From: Lytechinus pictus
Taxonomy: Eukaryota
Direction of reading: 5' to 3'
DNA: 64,000 bases
Assembly: GCF_037042905.1 (NCBI RefSeq)
Contig: NC_087246.1
Location: forward strand, 57,164,001 to 57,228,000
Of the stretch, positions 52,654 to 64,000 are shown one piece after another. Position 1 is the stretch's first letter, and every line of letters begins with the position of its first letter. The position numbers and the translations under genes were made by a program. The notes below the pieces were generated by a model. The model did not search any database, was not told the DNA's origin, and saw only the letters and a program-made list of their open reading frames with translations.

Positions 52654-53237
52654 AGGAGAATGAAATCTTTGGAACAAGAGAGCTTGTGTGAAAACAGAAA
52701 AATAAAAAAAACAGATCAACGGAAATTTGAGAAAAATCGGACAAATAATGAGAAAGTTATGAGTATTTGAATATTGCGATCACTAATGCTATAGAGATCC
52801 TCAAATTGGCAATGCGACAAAGATGTGCGATGTCACTTGTGAACAACTCTCCCCATTACTTTAGTATATAATTCACTTAAAATGCCTCTTTTATCACATC
52901 TACCAGTAGATCATGTGTTCTTTCTATAAGAGGGCATGTAATACAGATTTTTAAAGAATGCATCATGGATAAAGAGTTTGTATCACCATAAGAAAAGCAA
53001 AAAGAGACATTTTGAGGGTATTTTATAGTCCATCAAAGGGAAAGTTGTTCACATGTGACATCACACATCATTGTCGCATTGCCAATAGAAGGATCTCCAT
53101 AGCATTAGTGATTGCAATATTCAAATGCGCATAACTTTCTCATTATTTGTCCGATTTTTCTGAAACTTTCTTTGTTCTTATTCTTTGATTTTTCTGTTTC
53201 GACACAAGCCTACTTGTTCCGAAGGTTTCATTCCCCT
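52654..53237. mobile_element. Kolobok-like palindromic element with about 200-bp inverted arms
   Basis: TTAA|AGGAGAATGAAATCTTTGGAACAAG ... CTTGTTCCGAAGGTTTCATTCCCCT|TTGA; arms include AAAAATCGGACAAATAATGAGAAAGTTATG and its reverse complement. Confidence 0.85.
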
Positions 53238-56200
53238 TTGAATAAACATTTATTCTCTTCCATTTTCACAAAATATTAATTTGCATTATAATCCATACAA
53301 AATTTGAATTGAATATGAGGCCGGTGAGTATACAGTTTACAAATTATCAACATCTTGGGCTTCCCATATTAATCTATGTACAAATTTAGACCATGGTTTT
53401 AATTAAACCGAACTAGAATACGGGCCGTTTATCTTCAGAGAATTAAGGCAGGAATACCCTTTGTAGGAGTAAAACGACAGATCAACATTCATAGTGCAAA
53501 AGAGCCAAATATTTTGAGGGGGCCAGGGCCCCGTTGCATAAAAGTTACTATGGTAACTTTGTCATCCAATGGTAACTACCATGGTAACGCTGATCAACAG
53601 CCAATCACAATCAGGGATCCATGCAAGTTACCATTGCATGGCAAAGTTTCCATAATGGGGCAAAATTTATTCAATAAAAAAAGTTGCGAGCGACCAAAAA
53701 TTTTGATATTTTTATTACAAAAATCCAATTATGTGATAAATTTTGGCATAATCTTCAGAAAATGATATCATATTTCACCTTTCTCTTTATCGTATTTTTT
53801 TTCTTGGTCGTTATTTATTTTTTTGGTGGGGGGGGGGGTGGGCGTGGAGCAAGCGCCCCAAGCCCCCCCCCCCCCCACCCCCATTACGCCACTGATGTAG
53901 TGTATGATTCCAGAATAAAAACTTGGGTGTTTAAACCGACACCAGTTAATTGTTTTCCATCGAGTATCACTCCCTCGGTCAGGTGTTAAAATTAAGATAT
54001 GCTAGAATGTTAAAGTAACAACCAAAGATGTTGTAACAACACCCATGTGCATTGAACTTACACCAGAAACTTAACACCGGTGTAAAATGACCGGTGTGGT
54101 CCTATATGTATACCGGTCAACATCAAAGTTTTGGCTGTGAAGGAACATAATATCTACAAAAAAGTATATATATATATATATATATATAACAAAAATAATC
54201 TGAATGACAGAGTCAGTTATCTGTGAAGTAGGTAGGTTCTATGTGGTTTTGTAGGGCTCACTTCGTGGGCATTTTTTCGCGACTTGTTAAGAAACATTAT
54301 TTCAAGATAATCCCCCCCCCAAAAAAAAAAAAAAAAAAAAAAAAATATTAATCACTTCAATTTGATCCGGTTTGCTCATAGCATGTTGTAGTAGGTCCTT
54401 GCTCATAGTTATGAGAATGAGTAGGGAAACTCGTAAACTATTCTGTTTATACGTGTACATAAGTGTATATACATGATATAGGCTAGGGTATGGGAAATTC
54501 GGGGTCAATGATTAGACCATGTACCTCTAGTAGGTCCATAATTATACAAAATTGAAACTTTCGAACAGAATAGTCTAATCAATGTCATCTGACAAGATTA
54601 ACATTGGTCATTCCCGTTTCCTGTTATGCAATAGATTTGACATCTTCAAATAAGTGTCATTGGCCGGAAAGGATCGAATGTGTGTAGGCCGACTTTCATT
54701 AATGTTGTTCTGTTTGAGTTGGGCAAAGAAACAAGTGTTTTAATTTAACAAAAAGATAAGGTCATTATACAGGGACTTCCTGCTTGAGTTCCGTTAGTTT
54801 GATGGGGGTAAATAAGGATTCAATTTGTATGAAACTGGTCATGCATACCATAAAAATGTATAGGATTCTCTTGGCTAACATGTATCACACTAATAGGTCT
54901 ACAATCTACATGAGAATTTCACAAGATTTTGCATGAATTTTCTTCTAACTTTAATTGTGTCAGGAGATGTACGAAGTTTATTTCATCATAATGTCTATAT
55001 TGGCCCAGAAATTATAAATTACAAAGGATAGATATATAGTAGTATATATAAAACATCAGGACAGTAAACTTTTATATTGCTTTTACATGCTTTATCCAAA
55101 ATACATTGGTAACTCCATGCTCCAATGATGTATTAAAAAGAAAAGAAAATAAACCCACTAATATATATATACAAAGACAAACACTACAAGTAGAGCATAT
55201 TGTTATAGTTATGAACTGTAAGTTAAACATCGCTCGATGCTTTGTTTGCCTCTGTAATCGGTAGGTGGTTGTAGGCTGATTGAAGTAAATTCAAACAAAT
55301 TACAGTTAATTCCCTTTTAGCCTCTGTGCGCTCGTATAATATTAACTTTGCCTAGACCCCGCCAAAATTGGCCATCACAATGAAAGAGCTTAAACATTCT
55401 AAAGACTCCAATTGGGGGCATAATTCATTTCACAGTATGAATAATGGGTAAGTAAAAGTGAGAGAGAGTTGGCATTCTTTTATCCCGGCTTGGCCACAAC
55501 TTGTTTTGTTCTATCTCAAAACTCAGCGACATGACCTTTCGAAATTAGACGGTATTTTGGTAAATTGGGTTTCGACTCGGGCTAGTTTTCCTTTGACGAG
55601 GGCATAGCACCAACTCGAGTAATGTTACCGAGGAATTTAATCACTGGTTTTACTTCATTGAAATAAATACCTGTAAACATGTTACTGCAGACTTTATGAA
55701 AAGAAACTATTAAATGAAAGCTGAATGCTATTTCACGTCTTCGAAAAATACATTTAATTAAAGGGGAAGTCCTCCCACCAAACTTGAATAAATAGAGGAA
55801 AACATATTAGTAAAAATGATGAACATTTCATCAAAATAAGATGAAAATAAGAAAGATTTAGTGTTTTAAGTTTTCACTTATTTTCACAAAATAAGTATAT
55901 GTACAACAAGGTGATATATAAATGAGAGACCCGATGACGTCACCCACTATTAATTTTGTATTTCACATGAAATACAGAATATTTCAAGTTTTATAGCGTT
56001 GACAATATAAGGAAGCTTTTTATCGCACTTTCCAGAATCACATATCATGTTGCAATAATGACAATTTGGAGGAATCAACCTTGTTTGACACTATATGAGG
56101 ATTTTTTCATATTTCATTTAAAAAATGTGAGTACGTGTGTTGGCTGTGACAAGTTGTTTGCGTAATCTTATTTCTTGATATTGCCTTTTTATTAACCATA

Positions 56201-59200
56201 TAAAATGATTTCTTCCATTCAAATGATGCGCATTCTTTTGCGTTGTTAACAGATTGCAAGAAAGAATTTCTTTTGAAAGAATCATGAAACGGGATAAAAC
56301 AAAGGAGAACATCCAGGTGGGACAAAACGACCAAAAAGCAAAGATGTGATGAGCCGGGCTTTATATTCTAACGGAGCGCAGATTAATCAAAACATTAACA
56401 CTTTCCAAATAATCTGTCACAATGACACTGTTGACACACCTTGCAGCATTTTTCCCCCATCACGTGCAAAACCAAAATGCACGATTATAATTAGGACACA
56501 CAACGTGGAGTGATTAATCTTATCATCTTATCTAAACATCATTTCTGGAACACTTTCTTAATGGAATGCGCTGGACTTGATCTTGTCCCATCTTATCTCT
56601 ACAAGCTGCACACCTAAATCGCGATACCCGAATAACTTTGCAGGTGAACCAACAAAAACTCCTGCACGAAATTATTTGACTCTGTCGGTGCTTTTGAGCA
56701 CCAAAGGATTGGCTTGAGAATGAACGAGTGGTGGGGTTTATTGGACCTACATCGCATTATGGCTCGATAATGGGGATACATTATTATGTATGGTTGTATG
56801 CTGGGGGGGGGGGGGGGGGGGACCAACCCCCGAATTTTTCAAAACGTACTTTTTCATTGCAAAGCTTTTCGAAGTGAAGTCCTAAGTGTCTTTGGTGTCA
56901 ATTTAGAAATACTCAATTCGACTTGGTAGCTTCGTATCTTTGCTTGTATAATTATATTTTTTAAAATACTTTTTTAGACCCTTTAGTAAAAAAAAGAAGG
57001 TCCCATGGACGGTCAGGAACATAATTATGTCAATCGAGAAAGAACATTCGAAACTCTATAAAGCTTTATAAGAAATTACATTAAAAAAAACTGGAGATTA
57101 ACTCACTGTTGCGACGTTTCTTGTATTGATCACTACTGGGTGAATGAGAAGAATCTATAAAGCTTTACTGCATTACTGGGGTTTTCGCATGCTAGACGCT
57201 AGCGAGATTTAATTTTAACTATAATATGCCTAATGTGGACATTTTTTAATGAAAGTTTTTCTGCGATAATGTGTAACTGAGAGGGGGGTGGTATAAACAA
57301 AAGTATGAGAGGAGGAGAACCGGGGAGAGAGTGGGGGTAAATAGAGAAAGATAGTACGAGGAAAAAAAATGAGAAAGAAGGAGAGAGAGAGAGGGGGGGG
57401 GGTAAAGGAAGTGTGAATATTGTTTCAAAATCATAGCTGTTTCGATAATTCGTCAAATCGTAGCACGGCACCCGTTTTACAGATTCATTCGATCGTGATA
57501 ACAGGGGTTGGTGTCCGAGGGGGGGGGGGGGGGGCAAGGGCCAAACATTTTCCGGTCACATCATGAATTGAACCAGATTTTTCATGATTTTACGCGAGCG
57601 TTGGTGCAAAGCTCTCATGCAAGAGTAGCGTGATATATAGGTGGAAAAAAGAGGGGGCACGGCGCGTGGCGCGTGTGACAAAAGTTTCTCAATAAAAGTC
57701 CCGAGCGAGCGACTTTTTCCCCAACTTTTCATGACATGATATTCAGAGAAAAGGGGGAAAAAGATATCTTGCACTTTGCTGCCCTTTTCTTTATTTTCTC
57801 CTTTTCTTTTTTGTTCTTGGTCGTAGACATATTGGCCCAAACCTTTTGTACACCAGTGCCATGTGGGTGGGATCCCGGGAGGGGGTTCCCGGAACCTCTA
57901 GAGAATCAGCCATTTTAAAACGTAAAGTTTGCCGCTATTTTAATCAAATCACGGGAGGTTTTACACAACATATTACTCCAACGCAGTAGCATAATAAACC
58001 AAACATTTTGAAGGGGGCTCAACATATGGCGAATTTGGGAATATTTCTAAAACGTCATGAGCGAGCGAGAAACATTTTGGCCTTTTGGAAATGAAATTCT
58101 AATTATGTAATTAAAGGGGATGTTTAGCTCTTAGCTAGGGACATAGGCTGTGCGGTACCTCTGGAACCTCTCGAAATTCAGTAATTTTTCTTTGTCCTGA
58201 TTGCGACCGTTATGGTATGAAATTTAGCAACCCTAGATAGACTTCATACATACGCCATCCCATTGTCTCTTTATTTTCATTCCTCGACAGCCTGGCCGTA
58301 TTCTTAAATTCTTTTTTTCCTCTTTCCTCTGTTCTTTTCCTTTCCCTTTCTTTCTTCCACCCTTTCCCGTTCCCGTTTTTTTTTTTTTTTTCCAAGTGAG
58401 CCCCGACAGGGGGCGCCTGTTACGCCACTGGATTTTCCAAAAGCTCTTGAGATTCATCTATCGCTGATGATCAATAAATGCCCCAGGTAATTCCTCCAAA
58501 CTAAATGTGCCTGAAAGGACATTCACACAAACCACACACAGGTGTGCTTAACGGGATGGATTAATAGGATAAAAAGTCTGTCGGCATGATTGCCAGAGAT
58601 CTAGAGAACGGCAATAAATTGCCTCATCAAATCAATTTACATATCCACTAAAATAATAATGTTGGTCGCTGTTTAGTATCACATGATCGGTGTCAGGTGA
58701 CAATAAAATCTACCCGGTTTTTCTTTAGTTATTCGCAGCATTATCATAAAAAAAGTGAGATTGAATGAATATCTCTTTCACTTGGTTAGAATGCAAGTCA
58801 TGTAATCATATATTTAATTATTTATTCATTAGTCTATATTTACTTATTCGTTTATTTACTTACCCATATATTTATTTATTCAACTATTATTAATGAGTGC
58901 AAAGGACGGTCCAATCATATTATATAAAAATTTGTATTTATATGTTTCAAGACTACTACTACTACTATTTCTAGTAGGTGCCTGAAACATAGGCTAAAGA
59001 AGAGGAAGGGTTCTCGCGGAGCTCTTCATTTCCTTCCAATTTTTGGTGTTCATTATCAGAATTGCTATTTTTTCATCGAACCGCATCTTTTACGGATCTT
59101 TTCGGACCAATATTTGGATTTCTTCTGCAAAGAGAAAGCAAAGGTAAGCAGGATTTGTTGGCCCTCAACTAATTCCCATTCCGCACACACTAACGCATAG

Positions 59201-59249
59201 GCTAACACGTATTCTTTTGAATACCCCGCCCTGTAGCGGCGGACCAATC

Positions 59250-60602
59250 ATGGCAGAGGGTCACGCGAAAACGGGACCGCCATTGCAAGATACCACTGAC
59301 GATGAATTCCGGACTGTCACGTACGCACGATCACCTAAAATCAAATTTCGCGGCAAACGAAGACGTGAAGGAAGCTTGGACGTGGAAAATATCACGCCCA
59401 GGGCGGAATCTTCGTCAGATAGTACAAGCAACACAACTTTTACGATACACAGTACCCCATCCACAAACAGAAGGGTCAATTTTACTCTGTATATTAGCCC
59501 AATAGAAAAAAACAAGAATTTCAACAACGTTAATCCCATAGAAATAGCAAGAGCAATTAAATGCACTTGTCCCAATCCAATTGACAATATTATCTCTCTC
59601 CCTCATTGCATTATTGTCAAGTGCAAAAACCAAAAGCAAATGACCGCTCTTCAACAAATAACCCAAATTGGCAACATCCCAGTAAAAATAGAAGAAAAGC
59701 GAGCCGGAGTGAAGGGCGTTATTCATGGGGTCTCTACAGCTATCTCAGAAGAGGAAATCAAGCAAGAGCTAAAGACCCAAGGAGTTTCTTTTGCAAAGAG
59801 AATTACTAAGAAAACAAAACAAAATGAAAATGGCCCCATCGAAGAGGTACCCCTCAAAAGTGTGATTCTAACATTCAATAAAACAAATCTACCCCAACAA
59901 GTAAACTTATGTTTTCAAATTTTCCCAGTTAAGATCTTTGTACCCCGTGCTTCAAGATGCTTCAAATGTCAACGGTTTGGCCACGGCATAGCTCAATGCA
60001 GAGCAAAGATACGTTGTGTAAGGTGCGGAGAAGCACATACTTTTGAGGAATGTCAAAAGAAAGAAGATAGGAAATGTATCAATTGCGGGGGCAGACATTC
60101 TGCAGCATACAATGGCTGCGCTGTGGCTAAAAAGGCACAGAAAATACAACACATAAAAGTAACTAAGAACATAACTTATGCTAACGCCGCAAAAATGCTC
60201 GCTAATGAAGAAAAAACAGCAGAAAATAACTTGACCACGCCTCATAATGTAGACTCTACTAACAAGCACCAAATTGATCCCCTTGTAGCTCAAACTAAAT
60301 CCGCCCCTCCGATGGTCCGTCCAAAAGAACCCCTCCCCCAAAAGGCTGCACCACAAACAGAAGTACCAATGGATCTTAATTATGAACATACAAAAGAAGA
60401 ACATAGATACGAGCCTAAAACGGAAGGTAATTTTTTAACAACAGCAGACAATGAACAGATTATAAATTTTATTACCTATCTTATATTCATTTTTGTGGAA
60501 GGAAAAACAAAGAATGAAGTTTTAGCTCTGGTGGAATCGGTAACTGGACGATTGCTAAGAAGTGGATCTACCCCTACCCCACAGGCAGAAGGAGGTAGCT
60601 AG
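59250..60602 (+). CDS. LINE ORF1, gag-like nucleic-acid-binding protein (450 aa from first ATG)
   Basis: ATG at 59250. KGVIHGV motif and three knuckles CFKCQRFGHGIAQC, CVRCGEAHTFEEC and CINCGGRHSAAYNGC, typical of I/Jockey-group ORF1. Confidence 0.92.
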   Translation: MAEGHAKTGPPLQDTTDDEFRTVTYARSPKIKFRGKRRREGSLDVENITPRAESSSDSTSNTTFTIHSTPSTNRRVNFTLYISPIEKNKNFNNVNPIEIARAIKCTCPNPIDNIISLPHCIIVKCKNQKQMTALQQITQIGNIPVKIEEKRAGVKGVIHGVSTAISEEEIKQELKTQGVSFAKRITKKTKQNENGPIEEVPLKSVILTFNKTNLPQQVNLCFQIFPVKIFVPRASRCFKCQRFGHGIAQCRAKIRCVRCGEAHTFEECQKKEDRKCINCGGRHSAAYNGCAVAKKAQKIQHIKVTKNITYANAAKMLANEEKTAENNLTTPHNVDSTNKHQIDPLVAQTKSAPPMVRPKEPLPQKAAPQTEVPMDLNYEHTKEEHRYEPKTEGNFLTTADNEQIINFITYLIFIFVEGKTKNEVLALVESVTGRLLRSGSTPTPQAEGGS

Positions 60603-60615
60603 TTCTTTTCTTATC

Positions 60616-63600
60616 ATGGCGTCCCTAGCAATATTGCAGTGGAACGCACAGGGCCTACACTGCCATGGCAGTGAACTTATTAGATACCTAAGCAATCCTC
60701 ACAATTTATTCTATCACATTATTTGCATACAAGAAACTTGGTTCGGGGAAGATCATATTTTTAACATTCCCAATTATACATGTATACCCAGGAACCGTAT
60801 GAATCAAAATAGAGGAGGGTGTGCATTTTACATCCACAACACGGTCGACTACCTAACCCCTCATTTTGATAAGGAACATGAAATCCAACATATTAAAGTG
60901 TATTTTGGCGAGTCCCATATTGGCATAGTCAATTTTTACAATCCATGTCAAAAATTAAATGAAAATATTTTAAATAAATTACTAACTGTAGCCTGTGGTA
61001 CTGATAGGTTTCTCATACTAGGAGATTTTAATTCCCATAACAGCCTTTGGGGCAGTGTGAAAAATGATCATAACGGACTTATCATAGAAGATTTCATTAA
61101 TAAACACCATTTAGTTATATTAAACGATCTTTCAGGAACAAGACTTGATCCTCTCTCTGGAAAAATGTCCAATTTGGATCTTAGTTTAACTTCCCCAGCT
61201 TTATCGAACCGATGCTCCTGGGAGGTCCTCAACAATTCTTTTGGCAGTGATCATTTCCCTATATCGATAGAGCTTTTTATGGATATCTCTAAAGACACCG
61301 CACCTCGAAAAGATAATTCTACTCATAGGAAATTTTGGTCTTTCAAAAATACAAAATGGGCTGATTTCGCAAAGAAGTGTGAAGAATTGATGGATGAATT
61401 CATAAATTTTGAAAGTCCTCAAGAATTTTATACTTTTTTCATAAAAAGTCTTACAGATGTTATTCTTAAGACAGTTCCTTCTAACACAAAAACACAGCAT
61501 AACCCTATTCCTTGGTGGACTCCCGAATGTACCAAAAGCATAAAAGCGAGGAATAGAGCTAAAAATAAACTAACAAGACATATATCTGTACAAAATCTTG
61601 CCTCTTTCAAGGAAAAAAAGGCAGAAGCACAAAAAATTCTACGTAAAACGAAAAAGGAATATTGGGATTTATTCTGCAAAAAACTCAACCGTTTCGTTCC
61701 CGAAGGCAAAATATGGGCAACAATCAAACGGATGAACGGCATAACTAGCAAGAAATCTAACAGAATGTCGGCACTTATTGAAAATAACAAGGTAATAACA
61801 AAAGATCCAGACAAATCAGAATTATTAGGTAATCATTTTCAGGAAATAGGATCATCTACCTTTCCAACAAAAAAACAATTACCCAACCTTGAATTTGAGA
61901 TTTTTCAGGCACAATCTGAAGGTTTAGATCATGTAATAAATGAATCTTTCACAATTTTGGAACTAGAAAAGGTTCTCAAAACCTGCAAAAATTCAGCCCC
62001 AGGTAAAGACAACATCCCTTATATCGTTTATCAAAATCTTCCTCTTAAATTTAAAAAAGTAATGTTGAAAATAATGAACAAAATTTGGGACTCAGGAGAT
62101 ATACCACATGAAATGAAACATTCTACTCTCGTTCCGATTCTTAAGGAAAAGAAAGATCCTAAACTTGTCTCTTCATATAGACCTATAGCTCTTTCTTCGT
62201 GCTTCTCCAAAATATTTGAACGCATGGTTAAAGGAAGACTTGAATGGTACATTGAAAAACATCATATTTTGCCTCCCATAATCAGCGGCTTCCGAAAAAA
62301 CCACAACACCACTGATAGTATTGTTGATTTGGAAAACACTATTCAAAAAACTATTAACAATGGAGAACATACTTTGGCTCTATTTTTAGACGTCGAAAAG
62401 GCGTACGATAGATTGTGGATAAAAGGTCTAATTTACAAATTATTGCAGTGTGGTATAAAGGGTAAAATGCTAACTTTTCTCTACAACTACCTTTCAAATA
62501 GAACATTTCAAGTTACAATTGGAAAGAGTGAATCAAAAATATATGTAATGCAAAACGGACTCCCACAAGGAAGTACTCTTAGTCCCATATTATATAATAT
62601 CATGATGAGGGACATCCCTATCATCAATCCAGTCACCACATCTATATATGCAGATGATATAGCAGTCTGGATGTCCGGGAATCAATTAGATGTAACCTCA
62701 AACAAAATTCAAGAATATCTTAATAAATTACACGAATGGTTTAATAAATGGGGTTTCCGTCTCTCCTCTCATAAAACCGCTCTGGTTTTATTTACAAAAG
62801 CTCCCCAAAATAATTGCCCTGAGATAAAACTAGGAGAGAATCGTCTAACTTTCAACTCTGTTAAAAAGTTTTTAGGTGTCACTTTTGATCACCGACTTAC
62901 ATGGCATGCCCATATCGAGGATATAGTGACAAGGTGTAAAAGGAAACTGAACATTCTCAGAAGCCTTACTGGAACATTATTTGGAAGCTCCTCCAAATCC
63001 CTCCTCATTGTTTATAGGGCAATAATAAGATCGCTAATGGATTATGGGTGCGAGGCTTATAATAGTGCATCCCAAACAATGAAAGCAAAATTAGATGCAA
63101 TTCAATATCAAGCATTAAGGATTTGTGTTGGAGGGCTCCCTCTTACTTCACTAGAAGCCCTACAGGCTGAACTCGGGGAAATGCCCCTCGACCTGAGAAG
63201 AAGAGCACTCACAGATAAGTTCAGGACAAAGATTGAAACACATGAAGACCATCCAATTTTGCTTAATATAAAACCATGCTGGCAATTCGATTTATCCAAA
63301 ACTCAAAAAAATAATAAACCTTTTGGAATCAGAGCAGAAAAAATAAACTATTCTGTAGAATCATATATATACGCTTTTCCTCCATGGCTTTTTCAACGCC
63401 CGAAGGTTTCAGTAGAACTGAACAAGGAATTAAATAAACATGACCATCCATTATACCAAAAACAAAAAAGCCTCAATCTTATTAACTCAAAATGGTCAAA
63501 TCAACTCCATATTTACACAGATGGATCCAAAGAACCCGTTACGGGAGCCTGTGCTGCCTCCTTTTACGCTCCAGCTTTCCATTACTCCCAGTCTAAACGC

Positions 63601-64000
63601 CTCACTGATTATACTTCATCATATAGAGCTGAATTAGCAGCAATTATCTTAGCCCTCCACTGGTTAGAAAATCTTGATATATACGTAGGAGTAGTAATAT
63701 TTAGTGACTCATTAAGCTCCCTCGTAGCAATATCAGAACAAAAAGAAGTACCTTTTGTCTCAGAAATTCTTACCCTACTAACAAATCTAACATATTTAGG
63801 CATAGATATAAACTTTGAATGGATCCCCAGCCACTGCGGTATTAGTGGGAACGAGATGGCGGACATGAAAGCAAAAAATGCATTGAAGAAAAAAATCGAA
63901 ATCAACAACAAATTATCTTTAACAGAAATAAAACATCTCATTTTCAAAAGATACAATCTAGAATGGCAAAAAAGATGGAATGAATCCCACCGCCTACTCA
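60616..64000 (+). CDS. LINE ORF2: AP endonuclease, reverse transcriptase, RNase H (runs off window)
   Basis: Single open frame from ATG 60616. APE motifs QWNAQGL, CIQETW, GDFNSH, GSDHFP. RT motifs SAPGKD, YRPIAL, LDVEKAYD, GLPQGSTLSP, YADD, KFLGV. RNase H motifs IYTDGSK, RAELAAI, IFSDSLS, WIPSHCGISGNEMAD. Confidence 0.95.
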   Translation, partial: MASLAILQWNAQGLHCHGSELIRYLSNPHNLFYHIICIQETWFGEDHIFNIPNYTCIPRNRMNQNRGGCAFYIHNTVDYLTPHFDKEHEIQHIKVYFGESHIGIVNFYNPCQKLNENILNKLLTVACGTDRFLILGDFNSHNSLWGSVKNDHNGLIIEDFINKHHLVILNDLSGTRLDPLSGKMSNLDLSLTSPALSNRCSWEVLNNSFGSDHFPISIELFMDISKDTAPRKDNSTHRKFWSFKNTKWADFAKKCEELMDEFINFESPQEFYTFFIKSLTDVILKTVPSNTKTQHNPIPWWTPECTKSIKARNRAKNKLTRHISVQNLASFKEKKAEAQKILRKTKKEYWDLFCKKLNRFVPEGKIWATIKRMNGITSKKSNRMSALIENNKVITKDPDKSELLGNHFQEIGSSTFPTKKQLPNLEFEIFQAQSEGLDHVINESFTILELEKVLKTCKNSAPGKDNIPYIVYQNLPLKFKKVMLKIMNKIWDSGDIPHEMKHSTLVPILKEKKDPKLVSSYRPIALSSCFSKIFERMVKGRLEWYIEKHHILPPIISGFRKNHNTTDSIVDLENTIQKTINNGEHTLALFLDVEKAYDRLWIKGLIYKLLQCGIKGKMLTFLYNYLSNRTFQVTIGKSESKIYVMQNGLPQGSTLSPILYNIMMRDIPIINPVTTSIYADDIAVWMSGNQLDVTSNKIQEYLNKLHEWFNKWGFRLSSHKTALVLFTKAPQNNCPEIKLGENRLTFNSVKKFLGVTFDHRLTWHAHIEDIVTRCKRKLNILRSLTGTLFGSSSKSLLIVYRAIIRSLMDYGCEAYNSASQTMKAKLDAIQYQALRICVGGLPLTSLEALQAELGEMPLDLRRRALTDKFRTKIETHEDHPILLNIKPCWQFDLSKTQKNNKPFGIRAEKINYSVESYIYAFPPWLFQRPKVSVELNKELNKHDHPLYQKQKSLNLINSKWSNQLHIYTDGSKEPVTGACAASFYAPAFHYSQSKRLTDYTSSYRAELAAIILALHWLENLDIYVGVVIFSDSLSSLVAISEQKEVPFVSEILTLLTNLTYLGIDINFEWIPSHCGISGNEMADMKAKNALKKKIEINNKLSLTEIKHLIFKRYNLEWQKRWNESHRLL

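Larger units (their letters stand above)
59027..64000 (+). mobile_element. Apparently intact I-group (I/Nimb-like) non-LTR retrotransposon; 3' end outside the window, 5' boundary approximate
   Basis: Two ORFs 13 nt apart: gag-like ORF1 and APE-RT-RNase H ORF2, with no stops or frameshifts on manual translation. Confidence 0.92.

Noticed and set aside
59261-63956. Antisense and alternative-frame ORFs within the LINE
   Set aside because: Shadows of the two long sense ORFs; no motifs.

Overview
AT-rich animal genomic DNA, probably a sea urchin or related deuterostome (inferred from the repeat landscape, not verified), with two N-gaps. One host gene is supported: a Scratch-family (Snail superfamily) C2H2 zinc-finger repressor on the minus strand. 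It has three coding exons (38676-38577 SNAG exon, 22044-21246, 20880-20610) that join in phase to give 389 aa, a 16.5-kb first intron, and a TATA/Inr/CCAAT promoter at about 39.18-39.62 kb. Its finger sequence looks like the scratchX/scratchB (Kahuli-like) subgroup. The right end holds an apparently intact I-group LINE: ORF1 with three CCHC knuckles, and ORF2 (APE-RT-RNase H) open to the window edge and missed by the ORF track. The rest is a mosaic of MITEs (several with clear TIRs and TSDs, some nested), tRNA-derived SINEs, a Helentron-like element, a CR1-group remnant and simple repeats. No new protein-coding system is evident. The most interesting signals are mostly regulatory: a 9-mer (CACGCGACC) found six times around the gene, seven Hairy/E(spl)-type GGCACGYG sites, a dense miR-124 seed cluster in the 3' UTR, an AT-hook-like motif in the Scratch protein, and a candidate SNAG-less alternative first exon.
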